Positions 40,975 to 48,679 of a stretch of DNA of 64,000 nt are shown here, in pieces; the first letter of the stretch is position 1, and each line of letters opens with the position of its first letter. A model generated the notes under the pieces. The model was not told where the DNA came from. It was given only the letters and a program-made list of their open reading frames with translations, and did no database searches. The DNA comes from a virus. Its lineage: Duplodnaviria > Caudoviricetes. The DNA lies in the IMG/VR virus record IMGVR_UViG_3300022173_000225, positions 2,905 through 66,904 of that record. The stretch is one strand, 5' to 3'. The translations under genes were made by a program, and so were the position numbers.

Positions 40975-43502
40975 TTCGAGCTCTCCCCGACGTCATTGCC
41001 GGCGTTGTTCTGGCGCAGCAGTTCGACCAAGCGGAAGGCGTCGTCGCGATCGCGTTCCAGCACCGCCTGATCCTGGGCCCGGCCCATGACACCGACCTTG
41101 GCGGCCGACACCACGAGGTTCTGCTCGGCCAGTTCCTGCTTGGCGCGCTGGTCCTGCTCCTTCAGGCGCATGTTGTCCGCCTTCTCGGCCGCGTTGACCT
41201 GCAGCTGCTGCTCGGCCTGCTTGATCTTGTCGGCGTCGCCGGCGATCTTGGCCTGGGCCAGCTGCTCCTTGATGGCCACTTCGCGGTCCTTGCGGTCGGC
41301 TTCGCGCATCTGCATCTGGATGACTGGGTCTTCCATCTGCTGCTGGGCCTGCTGGGCCTGGGCCGCCGCTTGGTTGCGCTGCAGCAGGCGCATCGCCGCG
41401 CGCGCCATGAGTTTGGACACAGCCACCTCGATCTCGGGCGCCATTTCCTGGTCCTCTGGCGGCAGCACGACACCAAGCTCGGCCTCGATCTTCTGGCGGT
41501 ACGCAAAGCCGATGTGCTCGGCGAGGTGGGCCTGGGCCGCCGCCATCATGGTCTGGGCGCCGGGGTTCTGCCCCATCTGCTGCATCAGGATCGGATCCTG
41601 CATGGCCATGGTGTGCACTGCGATGTGCGACTCGTGGTCCTGGTGCAAGAAGGCCTTGATCGGGTCGCCGCGCAGCACGCGCATGTTCTCCGTCACCGGG
41701 TCCATGGGGTTCAGGTCCTCAGGCAGTGGGACCAGCTTGTCGGCGTTCTTGAAGCCGATCGTCTCCAGCATGTCGCGGTGCAGCAAAGCCAAGTTGTACA
41801 GCTGCGGGGCCGACTGGGACAGCTGAATGGCCGCCTGATACTGCACCAGCCGCTGGGTCATCGTGGCCGCATTCGGGTCGCTGACCGGCACGACGTCGAC
41901 CATGGCGTAGTCCGTGGCCCGGTCGCTCTTCTCGCCAGAGGCCGGCTCGTAGTCGTAGGGCGACTCGTCGTGCTCGACCACGCCTTCCTTGATCAGCTTG
42001 AGCTCTTCCTTCAGGCTGTTGTGCGTGCGGGCCTGGACAGCCGTCATGACCTTCAACTGGCGCTCGATCAGAGCCAGGGTGGTGCCCACCGGCGCCTGAG
42101 ACGACATGTCGCTGATCTTCATGTCCGCCATGCCGGGCAGGCGGCGGCCTTCCTCGATGAGGTCCTTGAGCAGCATGTGCAGGACGGTGCTGGGCTCCTT
42201 GTAGGGCAGCGGGATGATGTTGTCGCGCACGGTGCCCGAGCCCACATCCACGTCGCGGAACTCGCCCGGGCGGATCGGGGTGTCGTCGTTTTTGACCCGC
42301 ATGCCCTTGGATTTCAGGCCGCCGGGCAAGTTTGACAACGTGCCTGCGTCGATCAGCTGGCGCAGGATCGAGGTGCCCGCCTTGGCGTAGCCACCGATCA
42401 GGTGGATCAGGCCCATGCCGTACGGGCCCATGCCCGGCACGTAGTCGTACTGCACGAAGTGCTGCAGCGGCTTGTGGTGCTCGTCGCCTTCCTTCCAGTT
42501 GCGCCGCACGGCCAGGACCTTGTCGTTGTCCTCGCAGACCGAGACCACGTAGGGCATGGCCCGCCCGTTGGCCAGCGGGTCGTCCTCGATCTCCAGCAGT
42601 AGCACGCTCTCGTAGACCGTGAAGCGGTCGTCGTTGATGTTGCTGAGGCCCGCGGCCTTGTCCTTCTCTTCCTCGACTTCCGTCTGCTTGCGCTGCGGGT
42701 CGCCCAGGTCGCAATCCAGATAGAACCCCTTGGCCATCAAGGCCTTGAGCTTGTTGCGGGTGTACTTGATCCGGTCGGTCACGCGCTCCGAACTGCGGGC
42801 GTTGGTGCCGCCGTAGGCCAGGATCACGTTCTCGGCCTCGCGGAACTTTGACACCATGCGACCCAGGGTCGGATCCGGGTAGACCTTCTTGAACGCACAA
42901 CCGATCACGGGGAGGTTAAAAAGCATACGATCGTGTTCATCTCGGAACTCGACCATGCGCTCAGTAACCTGATAGTTCATATCCGCGCGCACGCGCAGCG
43001 CGGCCGCCATCTTTGCCTTGGTCTCCTTGCCCAGGACCTTGGTGAGCACCGGGCCGTGGGCCGGGAACGTCTCCATCATGGTCTCGGACTGGAACCGCAC
43101 CGCCGCCTCGGTGATCATGGGGTGGAAGATGCCGCAGGCGCCCATCCAGGGCTCGGTGCGCTCCTCGTACTTCAGCCCGAGCAGCTTGATGCCGTCCTTG
43201 TACGTGCTCTCCCAGTCCTCACGTCCCCGAATGTCGTCCTCGATGTCGGAGAGCAAGTCGTGCGCAATGTTAGTGAGCACTGACTCCGGCAGAACCTCAG
43301 CCAAGTTCTGGCCGAAGTCGTCATCCGGGTCCTCAGGATCGTCCGGGCCGTCCAACTCGATCGTGACGGTGCCGTCGGCGTTCTCGATGACCGTGGGCTC
43401 GCCGGTCTCCAGCACCACCTCCACGGGATCCTGGTCCTGCTCGGTGTCAAAGAGCATGTCCTGCTCACGGATCTTGTTCTCAAACGGAATTGCTGTGGCC
43501 AT
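40971..43502 (-). CDS. Portal protein (843 aa)
   Basis: REDWE, RTEPWMGAC, HPMITEAAVRFQ, AGTLSNLPGGLK; follows terL. Confidence 0.88.
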   Translation of the reverse strand: MATAIPFENKIREQDMLFDTEQDQDPVEVVLETGEPTVIENADGTVTIELDGPDDPEDPDDDFGQNLAEVLPESVLTNIAHDLLSDIEDDIRGREDWESTYKDGIKLLGLKYEERTEPWMGACGIFHPMITEAAVRFQSETMMETFPAHGPVLTKVLGKETKAKMAAALRVRADMNYQVTERMVEFRDEHDRMLFNLPVIGCAFKKVYPDPTLGRMVSKFREAENVILAYGGTNARSSERVTDRIKYTRNKLKALMAKGFYLDCDLGDPQRKQTEVEEEKDKAAGLSNINDDRFTVYESVLLLEIEDDPLANGRAMPYVVSVCEDNDKVLAVRRNWKEGDEHHKPLQHFVQYDYVPGMGPYGMGLIHLIGGYAKAGTSILRQLIDAGTLSNLPGGLKSKGMRVKNDDTPIRPGEFRDVDVGSGTVRDNIIPLPYKEPSTVLHMLLKDLIEEGRRLPGMADMKISDMSSQAPVGTTLALIERQLKVMTAVQARTHNSLKEELKLIKEGVVEHDESPYDYEPASGEKSDRATDYAMVDVVPVSDPNAATMTQRLVQYQAAIQLSQSAPQLYNLALLHRDMLETIGFKNADKLVPLPEDLNPMDPVTENMRVLRGDPIKAFLHQDHESHIAVHTMAMQDPILMQQMGQNPGAQTMMAAAQAHLAEHIGFAYRQKIEAELGVVLPPEDQEMAPEIEVAVSKLMARAAMRLLQRNQAAAQAQQAQQQMEDPVIQMQMREADRKDREVAIKEQLAQAKIAGDADKIKQAEQQLQVNAAEKADNMRLKEQDQRAKQELAEQNLVVSAAKVGVMGRAQDQAVLERDRDDAFRLVELLRQNNAGNDVGESSK

Positions 43503-43511
43503 GGGGTGTCC

Positions 43512-44006
43512 TCAGTGAGTGAAGGCCGCGCGGCCTTGTTCCGGGTATTGTGCAGTGTCGAAACGGTTGTTCTTGCGGCGGTTTTCGGCCGCTGTCAGTA
43601 CCTGCATGTTCCACCAGACGTGCAAACCACACACTTTTTTGCCGCGCAGGGGGACGATGTGGTCCACGTGGTGCTCAACCCCAGTGCTCTGCGTCAGTTC
43701 CGCCGCTGCAGAGTAGAGGCGCAGCACCTCTTTCTGCATGTCGACCTCTCTCCAGGCCGCTGCTGCTTGGCGTGAAACCACTTTCCTGAAGCGTGTGTAC
43801 TCCGCGACGCGGTGTGGGTTCTCTTTCTGCCACTCCGCCGTAGTCGTACGCGATTTTTCGCTGTTTGCAAGGCGCCACAGGCGTGTTCGTTCCGCTGCTG
43901 CCGCGTTGTACGCCGGATCTTGGCGGCGCTTTGCCCCGTGACGGCGCTCTTTTTCTAGGTACTTCTCTGTCTGGCGGTACTTGGCCTGTCGTTCAGCTTG
44001 GCTCAT
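43512..44006 (-). CDS. HNH homing endonuclease (164 aa)
   Basis: HHVDHIVPLRGKKVCGLHVWWNMQ...N; same family as 36690-37256. Confidence 0.88.
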   Translation of the reverse strand: MSQAERQAKYRQTEKYLEKERRHGAKRRQDPAYNAAAAERTRLWRLANSEKSRTTTAEWQKENPHRVAEYTRFRKVVSRQAAAAWREVDMQKEVLRLYSAAAELTQSTGVEHHVDHIVPLRGKKVCGLHVWWNMQVLTAAENRRKNNRFDTAQYPEQGRAAFTH

Positions 44007-44014
44007 TTGAGGTC

Positions 44015-45616
44015 CTAGTAATAGGCCGCGACGCGCGGCGGCGCGGGCTCATTATCGCCGTCGTCCTCGTCATCCGACAAGGTGATGAAGCCGCCGCGGC
44101 GGAACCGCTCCCAGGCCATCACAGTGCAGTCCACCGGGTCGTCGAAGTCGCCATTGGGGAAATCCGCGCACACCTCGATCAGTTCACGGGCCCACGGCGT
44201 GTCCGGCACCCACACCACGCCGTCTTCCAAAATTGGCGTCACGGCGTTGGTGCGCGCGTATTTGTCGTTGGACACGCCCACCTTGCCGCGGGACGGGCTG
44301 ACCTCCATGACGAACAGGCCCTGGGCCCGCATCTCCTGGATCAGCGGCGCGCCGGCCGCCTTCTTCTCGATGATCAGGTCGTCGGGCTGCCAGCGGTCGT
44401 AGAACTCCCGGGCCTTCTTCTTGAGCTCGGGGAACTCGGGGCGCCCCTTCCAGTAGTCCAGCAGGATAATGGCGTGGCGGTGGCGGTATTCGTCGAAGAA
44501 CACGCCCCAGGTGGTGCAGGCGCTGTAGTCGTTGCGGGTCTTCTGCTCGTGGGCCGTGTCCCAGGTCTGGATGATGAAGCTGCAGTCGGGCGGGTCTTCC
44601 TTGAGCCAGATGTTCCAGTGCTCGCGCTTGAGCAGTGCGGCGGAGTCGCTGGTGGGCTCCTGCATGTACTGCGCCGCCCAGAACGCGGGGCGCATGCCGG
44701 CCTTCTTGGCCAAAAGCTCGGCCAGGGGCCACTGCTCGGGCCAGAGCGAGACCATCTGCATCTTGCCGTCGCGCTCGACCTCCATCACCGCGGGGAAGCG
44801 CACCTCGTGCCATGGCAGCGCCCCGTCGGCCTTCTTGTCCTTGGACCACTGGATCGCCTTGGCGATCGGATCCTGCTTTCCCCAACGTGTGCCGATCATG
44901 ATGATCCGCCCGCCGGGCATCAAGCGCTGCAGGGGGCCCACCTGCATGTAGCTCCAGGCCGTCTCGAACGCCACCGCCGGATTCCCGTACAGCACCGACT
45001 GCTCGGAGACCAAGTCGTCGGCCACCAGCAAGTTGGCGCCCTTGCCTGCCGCGTTGCCGCCCACACCCAGCGCGAGGTACACGCCGCCCTGCACGGTGGT
45101 CCAGTTGCCGGCCGCGCTCTTGTCCTTGGACACCTGCACCGAGCGGTCGAAGATCTCCTGGTACTCGGGGCTGTCGATCAAGTCACGCACCTTCTTGCCG
45201 AAGCTCTCGGAAAGCTCGGCCGTGTGGGTGACCATCATGATCTGGTGCGTGGGGTTGTGCCCCAGATACCACGCCACGTAGAGGAACGCGATCGACTCGG
45301 ACTTGCCGAACCGTGGGGGCATGGAGACCGTCAGGCGCAGCGCGTGGGGCGGGATCTCCTCGGTGTTGCTCCAGACGGCTGCCATGTCGTGCAGCAGCGG
45401 GCGCAGGTGCCGGTGGTGCGGCCCTTCCTTGAACCCCGGGTAAACCCGGTGGCAGAACACCAGGAAGTCCTCCCGCGCGCGCCGGCGGGCGTTCTTGACG
45501 TCAAAGGCCTCGAGGTCCTCAAGCAGCGCAGCCTTCTCCAGCGCTGGCATCTCCGGGATGCGCGCTATCAGCAGCTGGATCTGCTCGGGGCTGAGGTGCT
45601 CCAGGCGGGTGGTCAC
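44015..45616 (-). CDS. terL: Terminase large subunit (533 aa)
   Basis: Walker A MPPRFGKS, Walker B LLVADD, nuclease QTWDTA and DDPVD. Confidence 0.95.
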   Translation of the reverse strand: MTTRLEHLSPEQIQLLIARIPEMPALEKAALLEDLEAFDVKNARRRAREDFLVFCHRVYPGFKEGPHHRHLRPLLHDMAAVWSNTEEIPPHALRLTVSMPPRFGKSESIAFLYVAWYLGHNPTHQIMMVTHTAELSESFGKKVRDLIDSPEYQEIFDRSVQVSKDKSAAGNWTTVQGGVYLALGVGGNAAGKGANLLVADDLVSEQSVLYGNPAVAFETAWSYMQVGPLQRLMPGGRIIMIGTRWGKQDPIAKAIQWSKDKKADGALPWHEVRFPAVMEVERDGKMQMVSLWPEQWPLAELLAKKAGMRPAFWAAQYMQEPTSDSAALLKREHWNIWLKEDPPDCSFIIQTWDTAHEQKTRNDYSACTTWGVFFDEYRHRHAIILLDYWKGRPEFPELKKKAREFYDRWQPDDLIIEKKAAGAPLIQEMRAQGLFVMEVSPSRGKVGVSNDKYARTNAVTPILEDGVVWVPDTPWARELIEVCADFPNGDFDDPVDCTVMAWERFRRGGFITLSDDEDDGDNEPAPPRVAAYY

Positions 45617-46236
45617 GTGGGGTCTCTGCGCACCAGGGCGCCATCCTCGCCGGCCAGGGGGACCCCCGGGGCACCGGAGGCGTCTGCGACAACGGTCGCG
45701 TCCAGCAGGCGTTTCAAGCGCTCGGCCACCTTGGTATTGAGCTCTTCCTCGTTGTGCTCGACCTTGGTCGTGACCTCCACCTTGGTGGTGAACAGGGCCA
45801 CCTCGGTCACCTCGCCCAGCATCTTCATGGCCTTCAGGCGCACCGTGGGCGTCGGGTGCTCCATGTCCTCGAGCAACTTGGCCACGATCTTGCCGCGGAT
45901 GCTCTTGGCGTGCTCGATAAACTCCCAGTCGTAGGCCGTGAGGCTGGCCACGAGGTGCTGCACTGCCTCTGGCGTCTTGATGGTAGTGAGCGCCAACTTC
46001 TTCTGATCGTCCTCGGGCTCGGTGATCAGCGTGACGAAGGCTTCCCGCGCGTCGCGGGTCTGGATGGCGTGGTCGATCTCGTCGTCGGACGGCACGCCGA
46101 AGGCTGCGAAGGGGTTGTCCTTGCCAGCACTCTTGTGCATGGCGTTCAGCACCTGGGCAGAGGAGGCCTCATCCAGCTGCAGTAGCTCGACGTCGGCTTC
46201 GTTCTCGATCTGGATGCTGAGCAGGTGGTCGAACAT
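45613..46236 (-). CDS. terS: Probable terminase small subunit (207 aa)
   Basis: First gene of late operon, overlaps terL start; helical. Confidence 0.55.
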   Translation of the reverse strand: MFDHLLSIQIENEADVELLQLDEASSAQVLNAMHKSAGKDNPFAAFGVPSDDEIDHAIQTRDAREAFVTLITEPEDDQKKLALTTIKTPEAVQHLVASLTAYDWEFIEHAKSIRGKIVAKLLEDMEHPTPTVRLKAMKMLGEVTEVALFTTKVEVTTKVEHNEEELNTKVAERLKRLLDATVVADASGAPGVPLAGEDGALVRRDPT

Positions 46237-46265
46237 GTTGGCGCTGGGGTTTCAGCGATGCGGGG

Positions 46266-46294
46266 TTGCCCCCGGGGTGAGCGCAGTGTATCCT
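46266..46294 (+). promoter_or_regulatory. Sigma70-like promoter for candidate sRNA
   Basis: TTGCCC-17 nt-TATCCT. Confidence 0.6.
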
Positions 46295-46314
46295 CACTTC
46301 CGAGGTCGGTGCAA
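46285..46314 (-). promoter_or_regulatory. Candidate promoter of late operon
   Basis: TTGCAC-18 nt-TACACT upstream of terS; same -35 as 5115 promoter. Confidence 0.5.
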
Positions 46315-46393
46315 CGCTTTGGCGTTGTCCTTGCTTCTCCTGATGGTTGGAAACGACCTTGAGCCCCCAAGTGCAAACCTGGGGGCTTTTTTT
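46301..46393 (+). ncRNA. Candidate trans-acting sRNA with anti-RBS loop
   Basis: Promoter upstream; stems 46302-08/46354-60 and 46311-28; loop TTGCTTCTCCTGATG complementary to early-gene RBS motif; terminator. Confidence 0.65.
46362..46393 (+). terminator. Intrinsic terminator
   Basis: AGCCCCCA...TGGGGGC followed by 7 T. Confidence 0.8.
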
Positions 46394-46575
46394 CGTCTGG
46401 AGGGGTTGTTTGGCGCGGTGGCAGGTGCTGATCTCCTGCTTTGATGCCAGTCTCATGCCGGTATGCCTACCAGCCATTTAGTCGGCGGCTTGCTCGGTTA
46501 GCCGACTTCCCGTTGAGCGCATCAGCCTGCGCATTCACCGCAGCCGCCAGTGTACCCCACGCGCGGTGGCACTTG

Positions 46576-46685
46576 GCTACTTTGACACGGGGTTTTCGTC
46601 GAATTTTTGGTGGGCCCCGGGGGTAGGGCGATCGGCGAAAACGGGGCGAATTCTGTATTTGGAGTACTTTTACGCTACTTTGACA
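46576..46685. repeat. 12-bp direct repeat GCTACTTTGACA (46576-87, 46674-85)
   Basis: Exact match in non-coding early/late junction. Confidence 0.7.
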
Positions 46686-46860
46686 TGGTTGCGCGGCGTT
46701 GGTGTGAAACAGTGTTACTACACGCCGCCACACACATCACAGATATTGGTCCCCCACCCACCCGTACCCTCGCCGCACCCGCAAAACACCGCACACCGCA
46801 ACGACAGAAAAGCTCTATTCATACAATATAGGTGTCAGTTGGATAGGCCATCTGACATAC

Positions 46861-46891
46861 CAAACCGTGAGCGATGCTCACACATCAGGAG
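46861..46891 (+). promoter_or_regulatory. Early cassette 1: palindrome B plus CATCAGGAG
   Basis: GTGAGC-GAT-GCTCAC 46867-81; CATCAGGAG 46883-91. Confidence 0.85.
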
Positions 46892-46898
46892 TTACACC

Positions 46899-47303
46899 AT
46901 GTCTTCCATCATCAACACCGCAGTCATCAACACCCTCAAGGCCGCCGCATCCTTTCAGTTGCGTGTCGCTGATCTTCGTGCTGCGCTGCCCCGCGCTACT
47001 TTGCAGGATCGTGATGCGCTTGTCATTGCGTTGCGCCCCGGCGTGGCCAAGTTCTACGGCATCGAGTGCGCTGAGCACGGTGCTACTGGCAAGTTCGTGT
47101 GCGACGACGACAAGGTCAGCATGGCCGCGCGTACCGCACTGAGCAAGCTGGTGCGTGCTGTGCAAGGCCCTGTGGCGCACGAGACGGTCGTGACCAAGGT
47201 TCGGGTCAAGGCCGCTGAGAAAAGCGCGTATGACGCGTTCTATGCAGCGTGCGGTGGCGACACCAAGCGCATGGCTGCTGTCATCAAGGCAATGAAGGCT
47301 TGA
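46899..47303 (+). CDS. Early hypothetical protein (134 aa)
   Basis: RBS CATCAGGAG; first + strand gene of early block. Confidence 0.8.
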   Translation: MSSIINTAVINTLKAAASFQLRVADLRAALPRATLQDRDALVIALRPGVAKFYGIECAEHGATGKFVCDDDKVSMAARTALSKLVRAVQGPVAHETVVTKVRVKAAEKSAYDAFYAACGGDTKRMAAVIKAMKA

Positions 47304-47410
47304 TTTACAGCGTGGTGGGCGTTGGAATTTGCTCGGTGATGCCGCGTACGTGTGGCTTTGCACGCTGTTCCAACGTCGCCACGCCTGCTTTCCCCTGCCC
47401 AACCTGTAAA
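47304..47410 (+). other. Long imperfect RNA hairpin
   Basis: 17-bp stem 47310-27/47368-84 with G-U pairs and one bulge; inner hairpin 47341-56. Confidence 0.65.
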
Positions 47411-47436
47411 CCGTGAGCAGTGCTCACACTTCGGAG
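47407..47436 (+). promoter_or_regulatory. Early cassette 2: palindrome B plus RBS
   Basis: GTGAGC-AGT-GCTCAC 47413-27. Confidence 0.85.
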
Positions 47437-47442
47437 AACCCC

Positions 47443-47661
47443 ATGACCCCAGAGAAATTCGCCCAACTCAAGCGCGAGTGCGCCAGCTACCTCACAGCCA
47501 ACGCCATCAAGACCAACAGCGTGCGAGGGCGCACTGCAATCCACACGTTCTGGTACGGCGCAATGTGCGCGCTCGACGACAAGACCGACGTCCGCGTCAG
47601 CATCCTGTTGCTCTCGGGCCGACACACCGACCTCGTCGACTTCAAACCCACCAAGGAGTAA
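47443..47661 (+). CDS. Early hypothetical protein (72 aa)
   Basis: RBS CGGAG; MTPEKFAQLK. Confidence 0.75.
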   Translation: MTPEKFAQLKRECASYLTANAIKTNSVRGRTAIHTFWYGAMCALDDKTDVRVSILLLSGRHTDLVDFKPTKE

Positions 47662-47664
47662 CCC

Positions 47665-47922
47665 ATGCTTCACCCATCCTTCTTCACCCCCGAACAGCTG
47701 GCCCGCGCCAACGAACTGGCCGGCGATCTCACACTGGCCACGGACAACGCCGAGGCAGACACACGCGCTCGTCTGCTGCGTGAACTGCGGGAAGCCACCG
47801 ATCACTACCTCCTGACCGCGCGCGTGTTCGTCGACGGGCTGCAAATGTACCGTGCGACCGGACGCCTGATCCAAGCCAAGAACGCGTGGGTCGCTGCCTA
47901 TGGAGCGCTACCCGAACTGTGA
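47665..47922 (+). CDS. Early hypothetical protein (85 aa)
   Basis: RBS AAGGAG. Confidence 0.75.
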   Translation: MLHPSFFTPEQLARANELAGDLTLATDNAEADTRARLLRELREATDHYLLTARVFVDGLQMYRATGRLIQAKNAWVAAYGALPEL

Positions 47923-47927
47923 CCTTG

Positions 47928-48006
47928 TCCGACCGGTGTCAGTACCCGGCGCAGCAGCGGTCCTGCTGCACATCAAAACCGTGAGCACTGCTCACACTTT
48001 CAGGAG
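47928..48006 (+). promoter_or_regulatory. Early cassette 3 (order A-C-B-D)
   Basis: TCCGACCGGTGTCA 47928-41; hairpin 47951-69; GTGAGC-ACT-GCTCAC 47981-95; TCAGGAG. Confidence 0.9.
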
Positions 48007-48012
48007 TTCCAA

Positions 48013-48282
48013 ATGACCTACGCAAACACCACCCGCACCGAAACTCTTCAGGGGGCGCAAGGTGCGCACCACACCCACTTCGCCCGTCTCTCCCTGCCTG
48101 CTGGCGCCATGGCGCTGCGCGCTCTGCGCCCCTCGGTGCACTCCGTGCGTCTGCCTGTGCGCTACCTGAGGAGCTACGTCTACTCGGTGCACTGCCCTGT
48201 CCCGCTCGATGCCGAGTTCTGGCCCACGCGCGAGATCCCCGTCTTCGTTAAGCGTACACGTTCTGCTTACTTGCAGCACTGA
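48013..48282 (+). CDS. Early hypothetical protein (89 aa)
   Basis: RBS TCAGGAG behind full cassette. Confidence 0.6.
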   Translation: MTYANTTRTETLQGAQGAHHTHFARLSLPAGAMALRALRPSVHSVRLPVRYLRSYVYSVHCPVPLDAEFWPTREIPVFVKRTRSAYLQH

Positions 48283-48644
48283 AAGTAATACCGGAGTACT
48301 CCTATTCAGGGGTATTCCGGGTCTTACCCACTTAATTACATCGACTTGCAAGCAGTTTGAGCGGATCAATCGCCAATAAAATCAACAACTTAGCGTTGGC
48401 AACAACATATATAACCTATCTCTTTATAGTTATAGTTATAGCCGTGGTTTTTTTTTTACACAACAGTCTTATAGCAGCCGAGCAAAATGTCGTGTTCAGA
48501 CTGCTGTGTTTTTTGTCGCGGCCAGCATGAAAAGCATCTTCAAAAAGATAGGTAACCCTGCATGTTCATGCACCTAAGCCTATGTTTCTATTAAAGATTG
48601 TGCTTTTCATACTGCGTTCAGGTCGGTGCCTATTAAGTGGACAC
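48283..48644. other. AT-rich non-coding island (candidate origin or terminus region)
   Basis: Sharp GC drop, long T-run, TATAGT tandem repeats, GGAGTACTCC palindrome. Confidence 0.5.
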
Positions 48645-48673
48645 TTTACCTGTTCAATTAAATAGCGTATACT
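48645..48673 (+). promoter_or_regulatory. Sigma70-like promoter, probably leaderless
   Basis: TTTACC-17 nt-TATACT, ATG 6 nt downstream, no SD. Confidence 0.6.
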
Positions 48674-48679
48674 GTGAGC

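Noticed and set aside
46331-46345. sRNA loop as the RBS of a - strand gene, or as a 16S anti-SD copy
   Set aside because: No start codon at usable spacing on the - strand; the sequence differs from the 16S 3' end (CACCUCCU) and matches the phage-specific CATC extension instead.
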